From positions 1-64,000 of the forward strand of contig CAVRUC010000009.1 in NCBI GenBank assembly GCA_963724295.1: a stretch of 64,000 bases of DNA, written 5' to 3'. Under the pieces are notes generated by a model. It was not told the origin of the DNA, did no database searches, and saw only the letters and a program-made list of their open reading frames with translations. Source of the stretch: an uncultured Chloroflexia bacterium. GTDB lineage: Bacteria; Chloroflexota; Chloroflexia; Thermomicrobiales; UBA6265. A program made the position numbers and the translations under genes. Of this stretch, positions 10,309 to 21,107 are shown piece after piece; position 1 is the first letter of the stretch; every line of letters starts with the position of its first letter.

Positions 10309-11211
10309 CCCTTCACCTCTCGACTTTCGGCCTCGAACTCGCGCCCCATCTCGAGGAGCTTCGCGTCGGCTTCCGCGGCCGCGGGTGTCGCGGCGGTCTT
10401 GGCGTCGAGCCGGGCGAACTCCTCCAGCTCGTGACCGAGCTCCTCCAGCTCCTCGCCGCCCGCCATCATCCGCACCACCTCTTCGCGGCTGATCTCGCTC
10501 TTGGCGAAGGTGCCGTACGAGCGTCCCCGGTTCAACAGCGTAAACCGGTCGCCGACCGGGTAGGCGTGATGCACGTTATGGGTAATGAAGACGACGCCGA
10601 GACCACGCGCCCGGGCCTGCGCGATGTAGCGCAGCACCACCCCAGCCTCCTTGACGCCGAGGGCGGCCGTCGGCTCGTCAAGGATCAGCACCTTGGCGCC
10701 GAAATAGACGGCCCGCGCGATCGCGACCGACTGCCGCTCGCCGCCGGACAGGGTGCCGACCGCCTGGCCGGTGTCGCGCACGTGGATCCCCATCTTGTGC
10801 AGCTCGTCACGGCTGATGCGGTCGGCGGCATGGACGTCAAAGCGGCGAAAAGGTCCCCAGCCGGTCGTCGGTTCCGAGCCAAGGAAGAAGTTGCGGGAGA
10901 TGCTCATCAGCGGAATCATCGCCAGATCCTGGTAGACCGTGGCGATGCCGGCGGCGAGCGCCTCGCGCGGCGAGCTGAAGTGAACCTCTTTGCCCTTCGA
11001 CCAGATAGCGGCCCTCGCTCGGTGGGTAGACGCCGGAAAAGATCTTGATCAGCGTCGACTTGCCGGCCCCGTTGTCGCCAAGGAGGCACATCACCTCACC
11101 GGCATGGACGGTCATCGAGATGTCTTTCAGCGCGATCACGCTGCCGAAGTAGCGCGAGACATTTTCGACCTCGAGCAGCGGCGTTCCGTTGGTCGTAGCG
11201 GTTTGGCTCAT
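10305..11211 (-). CDS. Sugar ABC transporter ATP-binding protein (single domain), frameshift near 10990
   Basis: GDNGAGKST in the 5' frame; LSGGERQ, ILDEPT and ITHN in the 3' frame. Confidence 0.9.
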
Positions 11212-12275
11212 CAGCGAGCTCCCATCGCAAGCGTGCGGATGTACCGGTTGACGAGGACCGCGATGACGAGCATGGCGCCGAGTACCGCGTTCTCCCAGCC
11301 GGGGTCGACACCCATGAAGACGATGCCCTGCCGGACCATGCCGAAGATCAGCGCACCGAAGACGGGGCCGATCGCGGATCCATAGCCGCCCGTCAGGAGC
11401 ACGCCACCGATCACGGCGGCGATAATCGCCGTGAACTCGCTGCCTGTCCCGCGCACGACGTCGGCGCTACGCGCTCCCAGAACCTGAATCATCGCCACCA
11501 GCCAGGCGGCGACCGCGGTGCCCATGAAGAGCACGATCTTGACCAGGCTGATCGGCACACCGACGTTGCGCGCCGCCTGCTGATTCCCGCCGACACCGAA
11601 GATCCAGTTGCCGAACGACGTGCGCAGCAGCACCCAGGTGGCGAGGGCGGCGACGCCAAGCCACCACACGATCGCGATCGAAAACTCGGCGCCGCCAATC
11701 CTCACGTCGCTGGCGAAGATGGCGCGGATGGCGTCGTAGCCGGGGACGTCATCCAGCCCGCTGACAACTGTCCGTCCCGTCAACTGTCGCGTGATGCCGA
11801 TTGTTACGCCGCGCACCATCAACAGCGTACCGAGCGTGATGATGAACGACGGTAATTCGGTGCGCAGCACGAGGTACCCGTTGAAGACCCCCAACAGGAG
11901 GGCGAATGCGAGCGAGGCCAGCATCGCCAGCCAGACATTCCAACCGAACTCGACGCTGAGCAAGGCGAAAATGATGCCGCACGCGCCGATCGCTGAACCG
12001 ATCGAGAGATCGAACTCGCCGCCGATCATCAGCAACGCCACCGCCACGGTGAGGATACCGAGCTGGGCCGCCACCTCGAGGTAGTTCGCCGTCCCGCGCC
12101 ACGATAAGAATCCGCGACCACCGGCGACGATCGCGAAGAAGGTCCAGACGCCGATCGCCCCGGCGAAGGCGCCCACCTCCGGACGCACCAGCAGGCGGCG
12201 CAAGCGGCTGGTCTTTGCCACCCGCTCGTCGGTTTCGGGTGCCGGGCGAACCTCGGCCGCGCGCGTCACCTGCAT
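11211..12275 (-). CDS. Sugar (CUT2, inositol-type) ABC permease
   Basis: [42 protein letters not shown]. Confidence 0.92.
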   Translation of the reverse strand: MQVTRAAEVRPAPETDERVAKTSRLRRLLVRPEVGAFAGAIGVWTFFAIVAGGRGFLSWRGTANYLEVAAQLGILTVAVALLMIGGEFDLSIGSAIGACGIIFALLSVEFGWNVWLAMLASLAFALLLGVFNGYLVLRTELPSFIITLGTLLMVRGVTIGITRQLTGRTVVSGLDDVPGYDAIRAIFASDVRIGGAEFSIAIVWWLGVAALATWVLLRTSFGNWIFGVGGNQQAARNVGVPISLVKIVLFMGTAVAAWLVAMIQVLGARSADVVRGTGSEFTAIIAAVIGGVLLTGGYGSAIGPVFGALIFGMVRQGIVFMGVDPGWENAVLGAMLVIAVLVNRYIRTLAMGAR

Positions 12276-12327
12276 GGCGCTTCCCCTACTAGAGCGATCA
12301 GCTCACGATCATCGGCTGTCGGTCCGC

Positions 12328-13308
12328 CTACCGAGTACCCGCCGCCGCCAGTTCGATGACCTCTGCCGCATTCTCCTGCGTGACAAAGCCGGGACCGGTC
12401 ATCAAGACCGGGTTAGCGATCGTGTTGAGGTTAGTGGCATTGAGCGTCAGCAGCACGATCGGTAGATACCCTTGCATGTACTGCTGGGAATCGATGGCGA
12501 AGAGCATATCGCCGCTCTGGATGGCCTCGAGGACATCCGGCGAAAGGTCGAACGTAGCAAGCTGGATCGTGCCGAGTTGGCCGCTCCCACGGAGTGCCTC
12601 GAGCGCCGGCGCGGCGCCGGTCGGGCCCAGGGTGAGGATGCCGTCGACCTCTGGATTGGTGGAAAGCGCAGCCTCGATCCGTGCCTGCGCCTCGGTCGGG
12701 TTGTTCAGATCTACTTGGACCACTTCAACCGTGCCACCAGATTCCGCAAGGCCATCGGTGAACCCGCGACAACGGTCATCCAGGGCAACGTTGCCGACTT
12801 CCTGGTTGACGCAGAGCGCAGTTGTGACGCCGGCTTCGCCCATGCGCTGCCCGGCACCGAATCCCGCCTCATACTCAGTCTGGCCGACGTGGGTGAGCAT
12901 CCCCATTTCGGCGGCGACGTCGCTACCCGAGTCGAGGGAGACCATGGGGATACCGGCGTCGATGCCGCCCTGGATTGAATCACCGAGGGCGTCGGCATCC
13001 GGGATCGAGATCGCCATTCCGTCTGGCTGGGAGGCGACGGCGGCGTCGATCAACTGCGCCATTTCCACCATGTCGAACGTGTCCGGGGCGTTGTACTCGA
13101 CCTGGACGCCCATGTCCTCGGCCGCCTGGTTGACACCATTCTGGACGACCGACCAATAAGGATCGGAGGCCTGACCGTGGGTAACCACGACGAAGCGTAG
13201 GTCGCCTCGATTTACGTCACCCTGGCCGAGCGTCTGGGAAGCGAAGCCAACGGTGGCAAGCACGACCACGACCAGCAGAGCAATCACCTGTGAGCTGCGA
13301 TGCTTCAT
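12328..13308 (-). CDS. Sugar/cyclitol ABC substrate-binding protein (copy 2)
   Basis: Signal peptide [42 protein letters not shown]; start moved to ATG 13308 because the upstream frame runs through a repeat. Confidence 0.9.
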   Translation of the reverse strand: MKHRSSQVIALLVVVVLATVGFASQTLGQGDVNRGDLRFVVVTHGQASDPYWSVVQNGVNQAAEDMGVQVEYNAPDTFDMVEMAQLIDAAVASQPDGMAISIPDADALGDSIQGGIDAGIPMVSLDSGSDVAAEMGMLTHVGQTEYEAGFGAGQRMGEAGVTTALCVNQEVGNVALDDRCRGFTDGLAESGGTVEVVQVDLNNPTEAQARIEAALSTNPEVDGILTLGPTGAAPALEALRGSGQLGTIQLATFDLSPDVLEAIQSGDMLFAIDSQQYMQGYLPIVLLTLNATNLNTIANPVLMTGPGFVTQENAAEVIELAAAGTR

Positions 13309-13395
13309 GCTCCCTCTCTCCTGCCTGACGGCCCGGGTCACGGATCGACAGCGATCCGCAACGATATCGTTGAGGTGATAGAGCAGCACACGAGT

Positions 13396-13595
13396 CCCCT
13401 CATCTCCAGTCACTAACCCCTCATCCTCAACCCTTCTGCCCCCGGAGCGGGGAGAAGGGAGCCCACTGCCGAGCAGCGAGCCCCTCTCCCAGCGCACTGG
13501 GAGAGGGGTTGGGGTGAGGGTCGCTGCGGCAAGCCCCCTCTCCTGTCTCCGACGGGCCCGGTACCCGCGAAGCGGGTGGCGGTTTGGGGTGAGGG
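13396..13595. repeat. CCCTCACCCC/CCCTCTCCC-GGGAGAGGG palindromic REP-like element
   Basis: cccctctcccagcgcactgggagaggggttggggtgaggg at 13481-13520; near-identical copies at 47207 and, inverted, at 48823. Confidence 0.88.
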
Positions 13596-14573
13596 CTAGC
13601 GCGTACCGGCCGCCGAGAGCTCGATGATCCGCTCAGCATTCTCCTGGGTCACGAAGCCGGGTCCGGTCATCAGTACCGGATTGGCGATCGTGTTCAGGTT
13701 GGTGGCGTTGAGTGTCAGCAGCACGATGGGCAAGTAGCCCTGAATGTACTGTTGCTGGTCGATGGCAAAGAGCATGTCACCGGCCGCGATTGCTTCGAGT
13801 ACGTCGGGCGAAAGGTCGAAGGTAGCGAGCTGGATCGTCCCGAGCTGGTCGCTGGCACGCAGCGCTTCGAGCGCCGGCGCGGCGCCGGTCGGTCCCAGGG
13901 TGAGGACGCCATTGATGTCGGGATTGGCGCTCAACGCCGCTTCGACTCGCGACTGGGCCTCGGTCGGGTTGTTCAGGTCGACCTGGACGACCTCGACCGT
14001 GCCGCCCGACTCGGCCAGTCCGTCAGTGAAGCCGCGGCAGCGCTCGTCGAGCGCGGCATTGCCGACTTCCTGGTTGACACAGATCGCGTTCGTGACGCCG
14101 GCTTCACCCATCCGCTGCCCGGCGCCGAGCCCGGCCTCGTACTCGGTCTGGCCGACGTGGGTCAACAGTCCGAACTCGGCGGCGACGTCGCTGCCCGAGT
14201 TCATCGAGATGACCGGGATGCCGGCCGCGACGGCGGCTTGAATCGACTCACCCAGCGCGTCGGCGTCCGGGATCGAGACGACGAGACCGTCCGGCTGCGT
14301 GGCGACGGCAGCGTCGATGAGCTGTGACATTTCGACCATGTCGAACGTTTCCGGAGCGTTGTACTCGACCTGCACCCCCATGTCCTCGGCCGCCTGGTTC
14401 ACGCCGTTCTGGACCACCGACCAGAATGGGTCCGAGGCCTGACCGTGGCTGACGACGACGAAGCGCAGATCGCCTCGCCCTCCATCATCCTGACCGAGTG
14501 CCGGGGCGCCGGAGCCGATGCTCGCGGCGAGCGCGATGGCCAGCAACGTTACCAGCCTGACGAAACGGTTCAT
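13596..14573 (-). CDS. Sugar/cyclitol ABC substrate-binding protein (copy 1)
   Basis: Signal peptide; near-identical in sequence to 12328-13308. Confidence 0.92.
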   Translation of the reverse strand: MNRFVRLVTLLAIALAASIGSGAPALGQDDGGRGDLRFVVVSHGQASDPFWSVVQNGVNQAAEDMGVQVEYNAPETFDMVEMSQLIDAAVATQPDGLVVSIPDADALGESIQAAVAAGIPVISMNSGSDVAAEFGLLTHVGQTEYEAGLGAGQRMGEAGVTNAICVNQEVGNAALDERCRGFTDGLAESGGTVEVVQVDLNNPTEAQSRVEAALSANPDINGVLTLGPTGAAPALEALRASDQLGTIQLATFDLSPDVLEAIAAGDMLFAIDQQQYIQGYLPIVLLTLNATNLNTIANPVLMTGPGFVTQENAERIIELSAAGTR

Positions 14574-14736
14574 CGTTGCCTCCGTTTCCTGTTCCTACGC
14601 GTGCGAATGGGAGGGTCACCGCTGACCCACCCATGACGGAGCCAGAAGCGCCGTCAATCCCGACATTTCCGGGCACGGGATCATAGCGCAGGTAGCGACG
14701 GCCCGCTACGGGGTGTCAAGTCCTTGCCGATGATTC

Positions 14737-14767
14737 CCGCGGGGAGACGCGAGTCGTCTCCCCGCGG
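14737..14767 (-). terminator. 13-bp perfect hairpin downstream of the binding-protein gene
   Basis: ccgcggggagacg-cgagt-cgtctccccgcgg; no clear U-tract. Confidence 0.5.
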
Positions 14768-14806
14768 CGAACTGGGTGATTCGTACGATGCAGGACGGCC
14801 GCGTGG

Positions 14807-15862
14807 CTAGGCGCCAGGTGTTGCTGCCGCAGCACCGCCCGAGTACTTGTCGAGCAACTCCTGAGCGTTCTCGGCAACGACCTCTTCGGTCTCCAGGACG
14901 ACCTCTGCCGGCGGCGTCACACCTTGCTCGAGAATCTGAACCGCGTAATCGATCGCCTCCGCCCCACCGGTCGGGTAGACGTAGGTGACGTCAATGCGGC
15001 CATCGATTACCGAGCGGATACCGCCGTCCGGGGTCGGCAGCGCGTCGATACCGATGAACAGCAAGTCGTCCATATTCAGTCCGGCATTCTGGGCCGAGAT
15101 GATGGCGGCCTCCGTCATCGGGTCGTTGTGGGTGTAGACCACGTTGACGTCAGGGTTGGCCTGGAACATGGCCTGGGAGACAGGGATCGCCTTCTCGCGC
15201 AGCCAGTCAGCATTCTGCTGGGCGATGATCGTGGCGTCCGGGTTGTCAGCGATCCCTTCACGGAAGCCGTCTCCCCGCTCCTTCGCCGGCGTCGACCCCT
15301 CCAGGCCGCGAATCTCGATGATGTTGCACGGAGCGAGACTTTGCTCTTCGCAGTAGTTGGCGGCGTACTGCCCCGCTCGGCGACCGATCTCCACGTTGTC
15401 GGCGCCGATCCACATCGTGAATTGGTCACCATTGACCTTTCGGTCGAGCACGATCACCGGCACGCCTGCCGCACAGACTTTGGCAACCACGTCGGTGAGC
15501 GGGGCCGCCTCATTCGGCGAGATAATCAGCAGATCGATCCCCTGCTGCAGGAAGTTCTCGACGTCGGCGACCTGCTTGGCGTTGTTCTGCGCCGCGTCAG
15601 CGAAGACAACCTCTAATTCCGGATGCGCCGCTGCCGCGGCGGCGATCTGGTCGTTCATGGCCTGGCGCCAGGGCTCGCCCTTGTTCGCCTGCGACATGCC
15701 AATCAAATAGCTGTCCTTTTGCGGGACGCCTCCTTCGGGAATGCAGGTCCCAGCACCCGCTTCGCCGGTCGGAGTGGATTGGCCAAATGCCGCCGGTGCC
15801 GCGGAAACCGTCAGCAACAGCACCAGTGGGCCGATTAGAAGCCATTGACGCACGGTCATCAT
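14807..15862 (-). CDS. RbsB-like sugar ABC substrate-binding protein
   Basis: Signal peptide; EPWR, GIDLLIISP, PVIVLDR, IGADN, ADWLR, HNDPM, GIDA. Confidence 0.9.
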   Translation of the reverse strand: MMTVRQWLLIGPLVLLLTVSAAPAAFGQSTPTGEAGAGTCIPEGGVPQKDSYLIGMSQANKGEPWRQAMNDQIAAAAAAHPELEVVFADAAQNNAKQVADVENFLQQGIDLLIISPNEAAPLTDVVAKVCAAGVPVIVLDRKVNGDQFTMWIGADNVEIGRRAGQYAANYCEEQSLAPCNIIEIRGLEGSTPAKERGDGFREGIADNPDATIIAQQNADWLREKAIPVSQAMFQANPDVNVVYTHNDPMTEAAIISAQNAGLNMDDLLFIGIDALPTPDGGIRSVIDGRIDVTYVYPTGGAEAIDYAVQILEQGVTPPAEVVLETEEVVAENAQELLDKYSGGAAAATPGA

Positions 15863-16052
15863 TGACCCTCCTCAGTGTTCACTCAGTGATCTTCGTCCAG
15901 CTCAACAGCTGGACGTCCGATGAGACGCCAGGCCATGGCGGCGCGCGCGCCGTCGTGACGTCGCGGCATGCCGGCTCGGAGTTCAGCCGCACTCGCCCCT
16001 CCTGCGGAAAAACCGTGGTGGCGCTGCTCGGTCGCGACATTGGCTCCTCCCT

Positions 16053-17081
16053 TTATCGCCGCTGGCGTTGGATGACGACGGCCAGGACGATGATGACCCC
16101 TTTGAGGATGGCCTGGTACTCCGATTGGATATTCCGCAGACCGAGGATATTGTCGAGGATGCTGAGGGTCAGCGCGCCGATCATCGAACCAACGATGGTA
16201 CCGACGCCGCCAGCCAGGCTGGTGCCCCCGATGACGACCGCGGCGATGGCATTGAGCTCGTAGCCGCTACCGTCGATGTGACTCCCCTGGTTGACCAGAG
16301 CCGCATGGAGCAACGCTGCCAGACCGGCCAGCAACCCAGAGATGGCGAAGACGATCACCTTGACCCGGTCTACATCCACGCCCGAGAGCCGGGCAGCAGT
16401 TTCGTTACCGCCGACGGCATACACGTGGCGGCCGAACCCGGTCCTACGCAGGAGGAACGAGGCGATCAGCCCAACACCCAGAAAGTAGAAGACCGGCGCC
16501 GGAATCTCGAGGCCAAGCAGACTGACCTGCCCAGCGAAGATGGCCTTGAAGCTCGGCGGCGCAAGCCCCACGCCCTCACCGTAGGCGATCGGTATGGCAT
16601 ATCCGCCCGACCACAGTGAAGCAACGCCGCGTGCCACTCCCAGCATCGCCAACGTCGTGATGAACGACTGGATATTGAAGCGCGTGGTGACGAGCCCGTT
16701 GACGATGCCGACGAAGCAGCCCAGGGCCAATACCAGTAGGATCGTCGGCGCCGTCTCGAGATCGTAGCGCGTCATGAACGCCGCGGCGCCGACCGCGCAC
16801 AGCGCGAGAACGGCGCCGACAGAGAGGTCGATGCCCCCAGTCAGGATCACCAACGTGACGCCGATAGCGATGATGCCATTCTCCGAGGCGAAGCGCACGA
16901 TGTTGAGCAGGTTGCGCGGCTCCAGGAAGACGTTGGCGCCGTTTCGCACCGGGGAGAGAATCGCCGCCAGCACGAGAATGACGATCAACCCGAACACGCT
17001 CTGGAAACGCAGCAGCATATCCAGAGCACGCTTCGCACCCTCTCTCGGCACGGTTCGCTGCTCGAGTGCAGCCTGTTCCAT
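16053..17081 (-). CDS. RbsC-like sugar ABC permease
   Basis: GGIDLSVG, FITTL, YAVGGNETAARLSG, YELNAIAAVVIGGTSLAGG. Confidence 0.92.
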   Translation of the reverse strand: MEQAALEQRTVPREGAKRALDMLLRFQSVFGLIVILVLAAILSPVRNGANVFLEPRNLLNIVRFASENGIIAIGVTLVILTGGIDLSVGAVLALCAVGAAAFMTRYDLETAPTILLVLALGCFVGIVNGLVTTRFNIQSFITTLAMLGVARGVASLWSGGYAIPIAYGEGVGLAPPSFKAIFAGQVSLLGLEIPAPVFYFLGVGLIASFLLRRTGFGRHVYAVGGNETAARLSGVDVDRVKVIVFAISGLLAGLAALLHAALVNQGSHIDGSGYELNAIAAVVIGGTSLAGGVGTIVGSMIGALTLSILDNILGLRNIQSEYQAILKGVIIVLAVVIQRQRR

Positions 17082-17096
17082 CGAATCGCTCCGTCG

Positions 17097-18617
17097 TTAG
17101 GCGACCAGGTCTCGCCGCGCTGTCGCCGCCTCCATGATCCGCTCCTGGGTAGCCTCAGACCGCGATAGCTCAGCGGTGAGGCGCCCTTCGCAGAGAACGA
17201 TGATGCGATCGCACATTGCCAGGAGCTCGAGGAGCTCTGACGATGCAATCACGACGGCGGCGCCTTCTTGCGCGAGCCGGCTGATAAGTCCATAGATCTC
17301 TACCTTGGCGCCGATGTCGATACCACGGGTCGGTTCGTCGAGCAAGAGAACTCGCGGTCGCGTGAGCAAACATTTGGCGAGAGCGACCTTTTGTTGGTTC
17401 CCACCAGAGAGCTTGTCGACATTTATGGTGGAGTTCGGGGTCTTGATGCGTAGCTGCTCGATGGAGCGCTCCACAGCGTCGTGCTCTTCGCGTGACCTGA
17501 CGACATTGAAACGCAGGAAGCGATTCAACGCGGCAAGGGTCAGGTTATGCGCCACCGAGAGCTTCAGGATCAGACTCTGCGTCTTGCGATCTTCGGTGAC
17601 GAATGCGAGCCCGGCCCGAATCGCGTCACGCGGCGAGGTGATCCGCCGCTCTCGACCGGCGATCTCGATCCGACCGCGAACGCGTTGCGCGGGATGGACG
17701 CCAAAGAGGGTCTCCAGCAGCTCGGTACGACCAGCCCCCATCAATCCGGCGATGCCAAGAATCTCGCCACGACGCAGGTTGAAAGAGATGTCACTCAGGG
17801 TGCGGCCGCCGCCCCGGCCATCCGGGAGGAGGTCGAGGTGTTCGACCCGGAGAGCCTCTTCGCCCACCGTCGCGACTTCCTTTGGGAAGAGATCGCTGAG
17901 ACTTCGTCCAACCATCATGCGAATCAAACTCGGCTGGTCGGCTTCGGCGATGGAGCGAGTTCCGATGCACTCCCCGTCACGCAGCACCGTTACCCGGTCG
18001 GCGATGCGGAAGATCTCGTCGAACTTGTGGGAGATGTAGATCATGGTGACGCCGTGATCTTTCAGGGCCGCGATCACCGTGAAGAGTCGATCGATTTCCG
18101 CCTGGCTGAGCGCCGAAGTCGGCTCGTCCAGGATCAGCAACCGGGCATCGAGTGAGAGCGCCTTCGCCACCTCGACGAGCTGCTGCTCGCCGACCCGCAG
18201 CCACTTGACTGGCCGGTCGGGTGGAATAGCCAGGTTCAGTCGATTCAGGAGGGAGCGTGACGTTTTTTCCATGCTGGTCACGTCGAGTAACCCAGCCACT
18301 GTCCGGGGCTCCCGGCCAAGAAAGATGTTCTCGGCGACCGTGAGCTCGGGGATGAGGTTCAGCTCCTGGTGAATGATGGCGATGCCGCGGCGCTGGGCAT
18401 CGCGCGGACCTCCAAGCGTCAACGGCTGACCATCAAGGAGCACCTCCCCCTCATAGTCTGTGTAGACGCCACTGAGGATCTTCATTAGGGTCGACTTGCC
18501 GGCTCCGTTCTCCCCGATCAGGGCATGCACCTCACCGTGAACGACCTCGAATGAAACGTTGTGCAGAGCACGCACACCAGGAAAGCGCTTGCTGACAGAT
18601 TCGATCTTGAGCATCAA
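17097..18617 (-). CDS. RbsA-like two-domain sugar ABC ATPase
   Basis: [35 protein letters not shown]. Confidence 0.93.
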   Translation of the reverse strand: MMLKIESVSKRFPGVRALHNVSFEVVHGEVHALIGENGAGKSTLMKILSGVYTDYEGEVLLDGQPLTLGGPRDAQRRGIAIIHQELNLIPELTVAENIFLGREPRTVAGLLDVTSMEKTSRSLLNRLNLAIPPDRPVKWLRVGEQQLVEVAKALSLDARLLILDEPTSALSQAEIDRLFTVIAALKDHGVTMIYISHKFDEIFRIADRVTVLRDGECIGTRSIAEADQPSLIRMMVGRSLSDLFPKEVATVGEEALRVEHLDLLPDGRGGGRTLSDISFNLRRGEILGIAGLMGAGRTELLETLFGVHPAQRVRGRIEIAGRERRITSPRDAIRAGLAFVTEDRKTQSLILKLSVAHNLTLAALNRFLRFNVVRSREEHDAVERSIEQLRIKTPNSTINVDKLSGGNQQKVALAKCLLTRPRVLLLDEPTRGIDIGAKVEIYGLISRLAQEGAAVVIASSELLELLAMCDRIIVLCEGRLTAELSRSEATQERIMEAATARRDLVA

Positions 18618-18953
18618 CCGCCTCTTGGACGCGATATCACGCCTTTGTACTGAGTGTCCCCCTTGTAGCAGCCGTGGTAGTTGACGTCAACGCCGGCCGA
18701 GACCCGGGTCGCCATTCTTCGACTTCGCTTCGGGCTTGCCCGTTAGATGAGGGAGTGTCCCAGCCGCTCAATCACCTCCGAGCAATTGGGATCGACCTCG
18801 ACGCCAATGTGAGCGAGGACGCCACCAGGGTTGGGACCCGCGACGGACGCACGGCGAAGCCAATTGCCAAGCGGTCAGGCCCAGCTGCTCCGAGTCGCTA
18901 CGCTCGCATATCTTGTAGAATTGCATGTTTGCATTCCATGGAGGTTTCTCTGA

Positions 18954-19445
18954 ATGGCGTCGCTCTCGTCATTTGACATCGTTTCGGACTATGACCAGCA
19001 GGAATTGAAGAACGCCCTCGATCAAGCGCAGCGGGAGATTCAGCAGCGCTACGACCTGAAGGACACCAGGACGACGATCGAAGCCGCCGACAACCAGCTG
19101 ACGATCAACTCCAACTCCGAATACACCCTGGGCGCCGTCCGCGACCTGCTCGAATCGAAGTTCGTGCGGCGCGGGCTTTCGCTGAAGATCCTGGACTACG
19201 GCGAGGAGGAACCGGCCTCCGGCGGTCGCGTGCGCCAGGTGGTGAAGCTGCGCCGCGGCATCCCTGAGGATCTCGCCAAGCAGATCAGCAAGCGCGTGCG
19301 GGACGATTTCAAGAAAGTGACACCCCAGATCCAGGGCAACGCTGTCCGCGTCCAGGCCAAGAACAAGGACGACCTGCAAGCCGTCATCCAGGCCCTCAAA
19401 GCCGAGGAATACCCGGTCGCCCTACAGTTCACGAATTACCGGTGA
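18954..19445 (+). CDS. yajQ: YajQ family nucleotide/c-di-GMP-binding protein
   Basis: SFDIVS, RYDLK, QIQG..VRV..K.KDDLQ, LQFTNYR C-terminus. Confidence 0.93.
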   Translation: MASLSSFDIVSDYDQQELKNALDQAQREIQQRYDLKDTRTTIEAADNQLTINSNSEYTLGAVRDLLESKFVRRGLSLKILDYGEEEPASGGRVRQVVKLRRGIPEDLAKQISKRVRDDFKKVTPQIQGNAVRVQAKNKDDLQAVIQALKAEEYPVALQFTNYR

Positions 19446-19455
19446 ACGGGAGTGA

Positions 19456-19578
19456 TGGGTGGCAGGGTAGACGGGTCGCAGGGTGGCAGGAAGAACAACT
19501 CCCCGCCACCCTGCAACCCCGCCACCTCGCCACCTCCGACAACTTGCCGACTAACCGACTAACCGACTGACCGACTCA
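19456..19578. repeat. GGGT(G/C)GCA 8-mer inverted array followed by CCGACT 8-mer array
   Basis: gggtggca gggtagac gggtcgca gggtggca ... gccaccct gcaacccc gccacctc; then ccgactaa ccgactaa ccgactga ccgact. Confidence 0.8.
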
Positions 19579-19598
19579 CGTCCCAGGAGTACTCAATC

Positions 19599-21107
19599 GT
19601 GGCTCAAGCCCCGGCACCCGATGCCGATCGCGCCTTTCACATCCTGACCCTCGGCTGCTCGAAGAATCGGGTCGATTCCGATGGCATGGATCATCTCCTC
19701 CGTTCGCGGGGGATGACGGCTTCCGACCGTCCCGAAGACGCGCGGGTGGTGATCGTCAATACCTGCGGTTTCCTCGGCGCGGCGCGCGATGAGTCAGTGG
19801 CGGCCATCTCCGAGCTGCTCGACCGCCGGCGCGACGATCAGGTCGTCATCGCCGCCGGTTGCATGCCCGCCCTCGGCAACTACCGCGACGACATCCCCAG
19901 CGGCGTCGACCATGTCTTGACGACGCGGGAGTGGTATCGCATCGGCGACGTGGTCGGCGGTCTGCTGGGCGAGGCGCCACAACCGGAGGTCGCCGGCTGC
20001 GAAGGGATGCTGACCACCTTCAGCCGGGCCCAGGCCGGACCCTCGGCCTACGTCAAGGTCGCCGACGGTTGCGATCACGCCTGCGCCTTCTGCACCATCC
20101 CCAGCATCAAAGGCCGCCAGGTCAGCAAGCGGCCGCTGCACGTGTTGCAGGAGATCGTCGACCTCGTCGGCCAGGGAACGAAGGAGGTCGTGCTCGTCGC
20201 CCAGGACACCATCCGCTATGGGGCGGACCTCGGCATCAAGCACGGACTACCCAGCCTGCTCCAGCAGATCGTGGACGGCGTGCCCGATCTTCCCTGGCTG
20301 CGCATGCTCTACATCTACCCCAGCCCGTTGACGTTGCGGATGGTCGACGTCATGGCCGAGCACGACCCGCTCCTGCCCTACCTCGACATGCCGATCCAGC
20401 ATGCGGACCCGACCGTGCTGCGGACCATGAACCGCCCCAGCGACATCACCATGACCCGCCGCTTGATCGATCATGCCCGCGCCAGGATGCCGGACGTCGT
20501 GATGCGCACGACGCTCATCGTCGGCTACCCCGGCGAGACGGACCAGCAGTTCCAGACGCTGCACGATTTTGTGGAAGAGCAGGAGTTCGACCACGTCGGC
20601 GTCTTCACCTACTCGCCGGAGCCGGGCACCAGGGCGGTCACACTCGATCTGCCCGCGGTGCCGGCACACGTCGCGGAGGAGCGCCGCAACGCGATCATGG
20701 AGGCGCAGCAGGCGATCTCGCTGCGCAAGAACCAGGCGCTGGTGGGCACGACGTTGCAGGTCCTGATCGAGGCAGTCGGCGAGGCCGAGGACGAATCCGG
20801 GAACAGCGAGCCGATCGCCGTCGGCCGCGCGCGGCGGCACGCGCCGGAGGTCGATGGGCTGGTCTTCGTGCCGGGAGCGCTGCCGGTCGGCGCGCTTATC
20901 GATCTCGAGATAGCGGAGGCGGGTCCGTACGACCTGTGGGCGCATCCTCCCGGCGGGAGCGCCGTCCGTCCCGCGGTGGCGGCAGGACGGCGTCGACGCG
21001 TTTCAGCAGCTCGCTCTCGAGCGGCGACCCGACCGGAAAGACGCGGACAGGGGGCGCGGGTGCCAATGGCCACGCTCGCTGGAACAGCACCCACTGGTCG
21101 GGATTAG
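19599..21107 (+). CDS. rimO: Ribosomal protein S12 methylthiotransferase RimO
   Basis: TLGCSKNRVDS, VNTCGF, AAGC, radical SAM CDHACAFC, RTTLIVGYPGET, APEVDG TRAM domain. Confidence 0.95.
   Translation: MAQAPAPDADRAFHILTLGCSKNRVDSDGMDHLLRSRGMTASDRPEDARVVIVNTCGFLGAARDESVAAISELLDRRRDDQVVIAAGCMPALGNYRDDIPSGVDHVLTTREWYRIGDVVGGLLGEAPQPEVAGCEGMLTTFSRAQAGPSAYVKVADGCDHACAFCTIPSIKGRQVSKRPLHVLQEIVDLVGQGTKEVVLVAQDTIRYGADLGIKHGLPSLLQQIVDGVPDLPWLRMLYIYPSPLTLRMVDVMAEHDPLLPYLDMPIQHADPTVLRTMNRPSDITMTRRLIDHARARMPDVVMRTTLIVGYPGETDQQFQTLHDFVEEQEFDHVGVFTYSPEPGTRAVTLDLPAVPAHVAEERRNAIMEAQQAISLRKNQALVGTTLQVLIEAVGEAEDESGNSEPIAVGRARRHAPEVDGLVFVPGALPVGALIDLEIAEAGPYDLWAHPPGGSAVRPAVAAGRRRRVSAARSRAATRPERRGQGARVPMATLAGTAPTGRD

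Noticed and set aside
13309..13497. N-terminal extension of the 389-aa binding-protein ORF
   Set aside because: It is translated REP sequence; the signal peptide and SD point to ATG 13308
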